A stretch of DNA of 64,000 nucleotides. Source: Yuukianura sp. NJ FZ-2021. Taxonomy: Eukaryota. This document shows, piece after piece, positions 1 through 10,000 of the stretch; position 1 is the stretch's first letter, and each line of letters begins with the position of its first letter. The position numbers and the translations under genes were made by a program. The notes below the pieces were generated by a model, which was not told where the DNA came from, did not search any database, and saw only the letters and a program-made list of their open reading frames with translations. The stretch covers positions 310,001-374,000 of the forward strand of contig CM102287.1 in the NCBI GenBank assembly GCA_046563655.1, written 5' to 3'.

Positions 1-310
1 CGATCTATCCACGCCAATTATCCTTGGGTTCCTGTAGTACTTTTCAGGAGGATTTCAGAAAAGTAACTCATTTTCACCCGGCATCGCTCCGCGTGGAGGT
101 TTTTCGAAATATTTGTTTGGAAACAAATTTTCATAAAGAAAAGTAACGAGATGAGGGACGACACAGCAAGTGAAAGTGGGTTCCTGTAGCCCTTTTTATG
201 AGGATTTCAAAAATGTAATTTACTTTTACCTGGCATCGTTTCGGAATGCATTTCTTTTGAATTTTTGTTGTGAAACATGAATTTTCATAAATAAAGGTAA
301 CAAGATGAGG

Positions 311-465
311 GACGACACAGCAAGTGAAAGTGGGCTTCTGTAGCTCTTTTTATGAGGATTTCAAAAATGTAGTTGACTTTTACCTAGCATCGTTTCGGAC
401 TGCATTTCTTTTGAATTCTTTGTTTTGAAACATGAATTTTCATAAATAAAAGTAACAAGATTAGA
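311..465 (+). repeat. Representative 155 bp satellite monomer
   Basis: Anchor-to-anchor distance 311 to 466. Consensus is approximately GACGACACAGCAAGTGAAAGTGGGCTCCTGTAGCACTTTTTATGAGGATTTCAAAAATGTAGTTGACTTTTACCTAGCATCGTTTCGGAATGCATTTCTTTTGAATTCTTTGTTTTGAAACATGAATTTTCATAAATAAAAGTAACAAGATTAGG; individual copies differ at a few diagnostic sites. Confidence 0.97.
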
Positions 466-620
466 GACGACACAGCAAGTGAAAGTGGGCTCCTGTAGCA
501 CTTTTTATGTGGATTTCAAAGCTGTAGTTGATTTTTACCCAGCATCGTTCCGGAACGCATTTCTTTTGAATTCTTTGTTTTGAAACAAGAATTTTCCTAA
601 ATAAAAGTAACAAGATTAGG

Positions 621-1007
621 GACGACACAGCAAGTGAAAGTGGGCTCCTGTAGCACTTATTATGAGGATTTCAAAAATGAAATTTACTTTCTGTTTATTC
701 TCACATTAGCATGTTCATTCTCACAAATTTAAGTCGTTTTCGACAAAATGGTGCTCGGCATTGCACTGGGTACCGTTTACCAACCCAAGATAAACTCCGA
801 GGCAGAGCGGTTCATCCAGACTTTTAAGTACGCTCTAACCAGATTTAATGGCGATCTATCCACGCCAATTATCCTTGGGTTCCTGTAGTACTTTTCAGGA
901 GGATTTCAGAAAAGTAACTCATTTTCACCCGGCATCGCTCCGCGTGGAGGTTTTTCGAAATATTTGTTTGGAAACAAATTTTCATAAAGAAAAGTAACGA
1001 GATTAGG
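621..1007 (+). repeat. Representative 387 bp long unit (L): monomer head (621-690), non-monomer insert (~691-875), diverged monomer tail (~876-1007); about 69 copies in the window
   Basis: Anchor-to-anchor distance 621 to 1008. The head matches the monomer up to AATTTACTTT. The tail TGGGTTCCTGTAGTACTTTTCAGGAGGATTTCAGAAAAGTAACTCATTTTCACCCGGCATCG...GAAACAAATTTTCATAAAGAAAAGTAACGAGAT aligns colinearly with the monomer. Confidence 0.96.
728..888 (+). pseudogene. Degenerate LTR-retrotransposon (Ty3/Gypsy-like) integrase core fragment inside the L unit (first complete copy; repeated in every L)
   Basis: Manual translation: 728-739 FKSF; frameshift; 741-767 RQNGARHCT; frameshift; 769-888 GTVYQPKINSEAERFIQTFKYALTRFNGDLSTPIILGFL*. 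This matches the recalled rve-domain pattern F..F...NGI.H..S.PYHP.SNG.AERF.QTFK.AL around the catalytic Glu (codon 805-807). No database search was run. Confidence 0.8.
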
Positions 1008-4000
1008 GACGACACAGCAAGTGAAAGTGGGTTCCTGTAGCCCTTTTTATGAGGATTTCAAAAATGTAGTTGACTGTTACCTAGCATCGTTCCGGAATGC
1101 ATTTCTTTTGAATTCTCTGTTTTGAAACATGAATTTTCATAAATAAAAGTAACAAGATGAGGGACGACACAGCAAGTGAAAGTGGGCTCCTGTAGCACTT
1201 TTTATGAGGATTTCAAAAATGTAATTTACTTTTACCTGGCATCGTTTCGGAATGCATTTCTTTTGAATTTTTGTTGTGAAACATGAATTTTCATAAATAA
1301 AGGTAACAAGATGAGGGACGACACAGCAAGTGAAAGTGGGCTTCTGTAGCTCTTTTTATGAGGATTTCAAAAATGTAGTTGACTTTTACCTAGCATCGTT
1401 TCGGATTGCATTTCTTTTGAATTCTTTGTTTTGAAACATGAATTTTCATAAATAAAAGTAACAAGATTAGGGACGACACAGCAAGTGAAAGTGGGCTCCT
1501 GTAGCACTTTTTATGTGGATTTCAAAGCTGTAGTTGATTTTTACCTAGCATCGTTTCGGAATGCATTTCTTTTGAATTCTTTGTTTTGAAACATGAATTT
1601 TCATAAATAAAAGTAACAAGATTAGGGACGACACAGCAAGTGAAAGTGGGCTCCTGTAGCACTTTTTATGTGGATTTCAAAGCTGTAGTTGATTTTTACC
1701 CAGCATCGTTCCGGAATGCATTTCTTTTGAATTCTTTGTTTTGAAACAAGAATTTTCCTAAATAAAAGTAACAAGATTAGGGACGACACAGCAAGTGAAA
1801 GTGGGCTCCTGTAGCACTTATTATGAGGATTTCAAAAATGAAATTTACTTTCTGTTTATTCTCACATTAGCATGTTCATTCTCACAAATTTAAGTCGTTT
1901 TCGACAAAATGGTGCTCGGCATTGCCCTGGGTACCGTTTACCAACCCAAGATAAACTCCGAGGCAGAGCGGTTCATCCAGACTTTTAAGTACGCTCTAAC
2001 CAGATTTAATGGCGATCTATCCACGCCAATTATCCTTGGGTTCCTGTAGTACTTTTCAGGAGGATTTCAGAAAAGTAACTCATTTTCACCCGGCATCGCT
2101 CCGCGTGGAGGTTTTTCGAAATATTTGTTTGGAAACAAATTTTCATAAAGAAAAGTAACGAGATGAGGGACGACACAGCAAGTGAAAGTGGGTTCCTGTA
2201 GCCCTTTTTATGAGGATTTCAAAAATGTAATTTACTTTTACCTGGCATCGTTTCGGAATGCATTTCTTTTGAATTTTTGTTGTGAAACATGAATTTTCAT
2301 AAATAAAGGTAACAAGATGAGGGACGACACAGCAAGTGAAAGTGGGCTTCTGTAGCTCTTTTTATGAGGATTTCAAAATGTAGTTGACTTTTACCTAGCA
2401 TCGTTTCGGATTGCATTTCTTTTGAATTCTTTGTTTTGAAACATGAATTTTCATAAATAAAAGTAACAAGATTAGAGACGACACAGCAAGTGAAAGTGGG
2501 CTCCTGTAGCACTTTTTATGTGGATTTCAAAGCTGTAGTTGATTTTTACCCAGCATCGTTCGGGAACGCATTTCTTTTGAATTCTTTGTTTTGAAACAAG
2601 AATTTTCCTAAATAAAAGTAACAAGATTAGGGACGACACAGCAAGTGAAAGTGGGCTCCTGTAGCACTTATTATGAGGATTTCAAAAATGAAATTTACTT
2701 TCTGTTTATTCTCACATTAGCATGTTCATTCTCACAAATTTAAGTCGTTTTCGACAAAATGGTGCTCGGCATTGCACTGGGTACCGTTTACCAACCCAAG
2801 ATAAACTCCGAGGCAGAGCGGTTCATCCAGACTTTTAAGTACGCTCTAACCAGATTTAATGGCGATCTATCCACGCCAATTATCCTTGGGTTCCTGTAGT
2901 ACTTTTCAGGAGGATTTCAGAAAAGTAACTCATTTTCACCCGGCATCGCTCCGCGTGGAGGTTTTTCGAAATATTTGTTTGGAAACAAATTTTCATAAAG
3001 AAAAGTAACGAGATGAGGGACGACACAGCAAGTGAAAGTGGGTTCCTGTAGCCCTTTTTATGAGGATTTCAAAAATGTAATTTACTTTTACCTGGCATCG
3101 TTTCGGAATGCATTTCTTTTGAATTTTTGTTGTGAAACATGAATTTTCATAAATAAAGGTAACAAGATGAGGGACGACACAGCAAGTGAAAGTGGGCTTC
3201 TGTAGCTCTTTTTATGAGGATTTCAAAATGTAGTTGACTTTTACCTAGCATCGTTTCGGATTGCATTTCTTTTGAATTCTTTGTTTTGAAACATGAATTT
3301 TCATAAATAAAAGTAACAAGATTAGAGACGACACAGCAAGTGAAAGTGGGCTCCTGTAGCACTTTTTATGTGGATTTCAAAGCTGTAGTTGATTTTTACC
3401 CAGCATCGTTCCGGAACGCATTTCTTTTGAATTCTTTGTTTTGAAACAAGAATTTTCCTAAATAAAAGTAACAAGATTAGGGACGACACAGCAAGTGAAA
3501 GTGGGCTCCTGTAGCACTTATTATGAGGATTTCAAAAATGAAATTTACTTTCTGTTTATTCTCACATTAGCATGTTCATTCTCACAAATTTAAGTCGTTT
3601 TCGACAAAATGGTGCTCGGCATTGCACTGGGTACCGTTTACCAACCCAAGATAAACTCCGAGGCAGAGCGGTTCATCCAGACTTTTAAGTACGCTCTAAC
3701 CAGATTTAATGGCGATCTATCCACGCCAATTATCCTTGGGTTCCTGTAGTACTTTTCAGGAGGATTTCAGAAAAGTAACTCATTTTCACCCGGCATCGCT
3801 CCGCGTGGAGGTTTTTCGAAATATTAGTTTGGAAACAAATTTTCATAAAGAAAAGTAACGAGATTAGGGACGACACAGCAAGTGAAAGTGGGTTCCTGTA
3901 GCCCTTTTTATGAGGATTTCAAAAATGTAGTTGACTGTTACCTAGCATCGTTCCGGAATGCATTTCTTTTGAATTCTCTGTTTTGAAACATGAATTTTCA

Positions 4001-7000
4001 TAAATAAAAGTAACAAGATGAGGGACGACACAGCAAGTGAAAGTGGGCTCCTGTAGCACTTTTTATGAGCATTTCAAAAATGTAATTTACTTTTACCTGG
4101 CATCGTTTCGGAATGCATTTCTTTTGAATTTTTGTTGTGAAACATGAATTTTCATAAATAAAGGTAACAAGATGAGGGACGACACAGCAAGTGAAAGTGG
4201 GCTTCTGTAGCTCTTTTTATGAGGATTTCAAAAATGTAGTTGACTTTTACCTAGCATCGTTTCGGATTGCATTTCTTTTGAATTCTTTGTTTTGAAACAT
4301 GAATTTTCATAAATAAAAGTAACAAGATTAGGGACGACACAGCAAGTGAAAGTGGGCTCCTGTAGCACTTTTTATGTGGATTTCAAAGCTGTAGTTGATT
4401 TTTACCTAGCATCGTTTCGGAATGCATTTCTTTTGAATTCTTTGTTTTGAAACATGAATTTTCCTAAATAAAAGTAACAAGATTAGGGACGACACAGCAA
4501 GTGAAAGTGGGCTCCTGTAGCACTTATTATGAGGATTTCAAAAATGAAATTTACTTTCTGTTTATTCTCACATTAGCATGTTCATTCTCACAAATTTAAG
4601 TCGTTTTCGACAAAATGGTGCTCGGCATTGCCCTGGGTACCGTTTACCAACCCAAGATAAACTCCGAGGCAGAGCGGTTCATCCAGACTTTTAAGTACGC
4701 TCTAACCAGATTTAATGGCGATCTATCCACGCCAATTATCCTTGGGTTCCTGTAGTACTTTTCAGGAGGATTTCAGAAAAGTAACTCATTTTCACCCGGC
4801 ATCGCTCCGCGTGGAGGTTTTTCGAAATATTTGTTTGGAAACAAATTTTCATAAAGAAAAGTAACGAGATGAGGGACGACACAGCAAGTGAAAGTGGGTT
4901 CCTGTAGCCCTTTTTATGAGGATTTCAAAAATGTAGTTGACTGTTACCTAGCATCGTTCCGGAATTCATTTCTTTTGAATTCTCTGTTTTGAAACATGAA
5001 TTTTCATAAATAAAAGTAACAAGATGAGGGACGACACAGCAAGTGAAAGTGGGCTCCTGTAGCACTTTTTATGAGGATTTCAAAAATGTATTTTACTTTT
5101 ACCTGGCATCGTTTCGGAATGCATTTCTTTTGAATTCTTTGTTTTTAAACATGAATTTTCATAAATAAAAGTAACAAGATTAGAGACGACACAGCAAGTG
5201 AAAGTGGGCTCCTGTAGCACTTTTTATGTGGATTTCAAAGCTGTAGTTGATTTTTACCCAGCATCGTTCCGGAACGCATTTCTTTTGAATTCTTTGTTTT
5301 GAAACAAGAATTTTCCTAAATAAAAGTAACAAGATTAGGGACGACACAGCAAGTGAAAGTGGGCTCCTGTAGCACTTTTTATGTGGATTTCAAAGCTGTA
5401 GTTGATTTTTACCCAGCATCGTTCCGGAATGCATTTCTTTTGAATTCTTTGTTTTGAAACAAGAATTTTCCTAAATAAAAGTAACAAGATTAGGGACGAC
5501 ACAGCAAGTGAAAGTGGGCTCCTGTAGCACTTATTATGAGGATTTCAAAAATGAAATTTACTTTCTGTTTATTCTCACATTAGCATGTTCATTCTCACAA
5601 ATTTAAGTCGTTTTCGACAAAATGGTGCTCGGCATTGCCCTGGGTACCGTTTACCAACCCAAGATAAACTCCGAGGCAGAGCGGTTCATCCAGACTTTTA
5701 AGTACGCTCTAACCAGATTTAATGGCGATCTATCCACGCCAATTATCCTTGGGTTCCTGTAGTACTTTTCAGGAGGATTTCAGAAAAGTAACTCATTTTC
5801 ACCCGGCATCGCTCCGCGTGGAGGTTTTTCGAAATATTTGTTTGGAAACAAATTTTCATAAAGAAAAGTAACGAGATGAGGGACGACACAGCAAGTGAAA
5901 GTGGGTTCCTGTAGCCCTTTTTATGAGGATTTCAAAAATGTAGTTGACTGTTACCTAGCATCGTTCCGGAATTCATTTCTTTTGAATTCTCTGTTTTGAA
6001 ACATGAATTTTCATAAATAAAAGTAACAAGATGAGGGACGACACAGCAAGTGAAAGTGGGCTCCTGTAGCACTTTTTATGAGGATTTCAAAAATGTATTT
6101 TACTTTTACCTGGCATCGTTTCGGAATGCATTTCTTTTGAACTCTTTGTTTTTAAACATGAATTTTCATAAATAAAAGTAACAAGATGAGGGACGACACA
6201 GCAAGTGAAAGTGGGCTCCTGTAGCACTTTTTATGAGGATTTCAAAAATGTAATTTACTTTTACCTGGCATCGTTTCGGAATGCATTTCTTTTGAATTTT
6301 TGTTGTGAAACGTGAATTTTCATAAATAAAGGTAACAAGATGAGGGACGACACAGCAAGTGAAAGTGGGCTTCTGTAGCTCTTTTTATTAGGATTTCAAA
6401 AATGTAGTTGACTTTTACCTAGCATCGTTTCGGAATGCATTTCTTTTGAATTCTTTGTTTTGAAACATGAATTTTCATAAATAAAAGTAACAAGATTAGG
6501 GACGACACAGCAAGTGAAAGTGGGCTCCTGTAGCACTTTTTATGAGGATTTCAAAAATGTAATTTACTTTTACCTGGCATCGTTTCGGAATGCATTTCTT
6601 TTGAATTTTTGTTGTGAAACATGAATTTTCATAAATAAAGGTAACAAGATGAGGGACGACACAGCAAGTGAAAGTGGGCTTCTGTAGCTCTTTTTATGAG
6701 GATTTCAAAAATGTAGTTGACTTTTACCTAGCATCGTTTCGGATTGCATTTCTTTTGAATTCTTTGTTTTGAAACATGAATTTTCATAAATAAAAGTAAC
6801 AAGATTAGGGACGACACAGCAAGTGAAAGTGGGCTCCTGTAGCACTTTTTATGTGGATTTCAAAGCTGTAGTTGATTTTTACCTAGCATCGTTTCGGAAT
6901 GCATTTCTTTTGATTTCTTTGTTTTGAAACATGAATTTTCATAAATAAAAGTAACAAGATTAGGGACGACACAGCAAGTGAAAATGGGCTCCTGTAGCAC

Positions 7001-10000
7001 ATATTATGAGGATTTCAAAAATGTAATTTACTTTCTGTTCATTCTCACATTAGCATGTTTATTCTCAGAAATTTAAGTCGTTTTCGACAAAATGGTGCTC
7101 GGCATTGCCCTGGGTACCGTTTACCAACCCAAGATAATCTCCGAGGCAGAGCGGTTCATCCAGACTCTTAAGTACGCTCTAACCAGATTTAATGGCGATC
7201 TATCCACGCCAATTATCCTTGGGTTCCTGTAGTACTTTTCAGGAGGATTTCAGAAAAGTAACTCATTTTCACCCGGCATCGCTCCGCGTGGAGGTTTTTC
7301 GAAATATTTGTTTGGAAACAAATTTTCATGAAGAAAAGTAACGAGATGAGGGACGACACAGCAAGTGAAAGTGGGTTCCTGTAGCACTTTTTATGAGGAT
7401 TTCAAAAATGTAGTTGACTGTTACCTAGCATCGTTCCGGAATTCATTTCTTTTGAATTCTCTGTTTTGAAACATGAATTTTCATAAATAAAAGTAACAAG
7501 ATGAGGGACGACACAGCAAGTGAAAGTGGGCTCCTGTAGCACTTTTTATGAGGATTTCAAAAATGTAATTTACTTTTACCTGGCATCGTTTCGGAATGCA
7601 TTTCTTTTGAATTCTTTGTTTTGAAACATGAATTTTCCTAAATAAAAGTAACAAGATTAGGGACGACACAACAAGTGAAAGTGGGCTCCTGTAGCACTTT
7701 TTATGAGGATTTCAAAAATGAAAGTTACTTTCTGTTTATTCTCACATTAGCATGTTCATTCTCACAAATTTAAGTCGTTTTCGACAAAATGGTGCTCGGC
7801 ATTGCCCTGGGTACCGTTTACCAACCCAAGATAAACTCCGAGGCAGAGCGGTTCATCCAGACTTTTAAGTACGCTCTAACCAGATTTAATGGCGATCTAT
7901 CCACGCCAATTATCCTTGGGTTCCTGTAGTACTTTTCAGGAGGATTTCAGAAAAGTAACTCATTTTCACCCGGCATCGCTCCGCGTGGAGGTTTTTCGAA
8001 ATATTTGTTTGGAAACAAATTTTCATAAAGAAAAGTAACGAGATGAGGGACGACACAGCAAGTGAAAGTGGGTTCCTGTAGCCCTTTTTATGAGGATTTC
8101 AAAAATGTAGTTGACTGTTACCTAGCATCGTTCCGGAATTCATTTCTTTTGAATTCTCTGTTTTGAAACATGAATTTTCATAAATAAAAGTAACAAGATG
8201 AGGGACGACACAGCAAGTGAAAGTGGGCTCCTGTAGCACTTTTTATGAGGATTTCAAAAATGTATTTTACTTTTACCTGGCATCGTTTCGGAATGCATTT
8301 CTTTTGAATTCTTTGTTTTTAAACATGAATTTTCATAAATAAAAGTAACAAGATGAGGGACGACACAGCAAGTGAAAGTGGGCTCCTGTAGCACTTTTTA
8401 TGAGGATTTCAAAAATGTAATTTACTTTTACCTGGCATCGTTTCGGAATGCATTTCTTTTGAATTTTTGTTGTGAAACATGAATTTTCATAAATAAAGGT
8501 AACAAGATGAGGGACGACACAGCAAGTGAAAGTGGGCTTCTGTAGCTCTTTTTATGAGGATTTCAAAAATGTAGTTGACTTTTACCTAGCATCGTTTCGG
8601 AATGCATTTCTTTTGAATTCTTTGTTTTGAAACATGAATTTTCATAAATAAAAGTAACAAGATTAGGGACGACACAGCAAGTGAAAGTGGGCTCCTGTAG
8701 CACTTTTTATGTGGATTTCAAAGCTGTAGTTGATTTTTACCCAGCATCGTTCCAGAATGCATTTCTTTTGAATTCTTTGTTTTGAAACAAGAATTTTCCT
8801 AAATAAAAGTAACAAGATTAGGGACGACACAGCAAGTGAAAGTGGGCTCCTGTAGCACTTATTATGAGGATTTCAAAAATGAAATTTACTTTCTGTTTAT
8901 TCTCACATTAGCATGTTCATTCTCACAAATTTAAGTCGTTTTCGACAAAATGGTGCTCGGCATTGCCCTGGGTACCGTTTACCAACCCAAGATAAACTCC
9001 GAGGCAGAGCGGTTCATCCAGACTTTTAAGTACGCTCTAACCAGATTTAATGGCGATCTATCCACGCCAATTATCCTTGGGTTCCTGTAGTACTTTTCAG
9101 GAGGATTTCAGAAAAGTAACTCATTTTCACCCGGCATCGCTCCGCGTGGAGGTTTTTCGAAATATTTGTTTGGAAACAAATTTTCATAAAGAAAAGTAAC
9201 GAGATGAGGGACGACACAGCAAGTGAAAGTGGGTTCCTGTAGCCCTTTTTATGAGGATTTCAAAAATGTAGTTGACTGTTACCTAGCATCGTTCCGGAAT
9301 TCATTTCTTTTGAATTCTCTGTTTTGAAACATGAATTTTCATAAATAAAAGTAACAAGATGAGGGACGACACAGCAAGTGAAAGTGGGCTCCTGTAGCAC
9401 TTTTTATGAGGATTTCAAAAATGTATTTTACTTTTACCTGGCATCGTTTCGGAATGCATTTCTTTTGAATTCTTTGTTTTGAAACATGAATTTTCATAAA
9501 TAAAAGTAACAAGATGAGGGACGACACAGCAAGTGAAAGTGGGCTCCTGTAGCACTTTTTATGAGGATTTCAAAAATGTAATTTACTTTTACCTGGCATC
9601 GTTTCGGAATGCATTTCTTTTGAATTTTTGTTGTGAAACGTGAATTTTCATAAATAAAGGTAACAAGATGAGGGACGACACAGCAAGTGAAAGTGGGCTT
9701 CTGTAGCTCTTTTTATTAGGATTTCAAAAATGTAGTTGACTTTTACCTAGCATCGTTTCGGAATGCATTTCTTTTGAATTCTTTGTTTTGAAACATGAAT
9801 TTTCATAAATAAAAGTAACAAGATTAGGGACGACACAGCAAGTGAAAGTGGGCTCCTGTAGCACTTTTTATGTGGATTTCAAAAATGTAATTTACTTTTA
9901 CCTGGCATCGTTTCGGAATGCATTTCTTTTGAATTTTTGTTGTGAAACATGAATTTTCATAAATAAAGGTAACAAGATGAGGGACGACACAGCAAGTGAA

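Noticed and set aside
738..754. CENP-B-box-like TTCGACAAAATGGTG
   Set aside because: Only 7 of the 9 essential positions of TTCGNNNNANNCGGG match and the second CpG is absent. The sequence is explained by the integrase-like codons.
749..819. Possible Pol III A/B boxes or a tRNA primer-binding site (TGGTGCTCGG ... GGTTCATCC)
   Set aside because: The matches to consensus are poor, there is no cloverleaf or adjacent LTR end, and both motifs lie within the integrase-like reading frames.
691..875. Insert as an independently mobile element (MITE or SINE) inserted many times
   Set aside because: There are no terminal inverted repeats, poly-A tail or flanking target-site duplication. The junctions are identical in all copies, which indicates one event amplified with the array.
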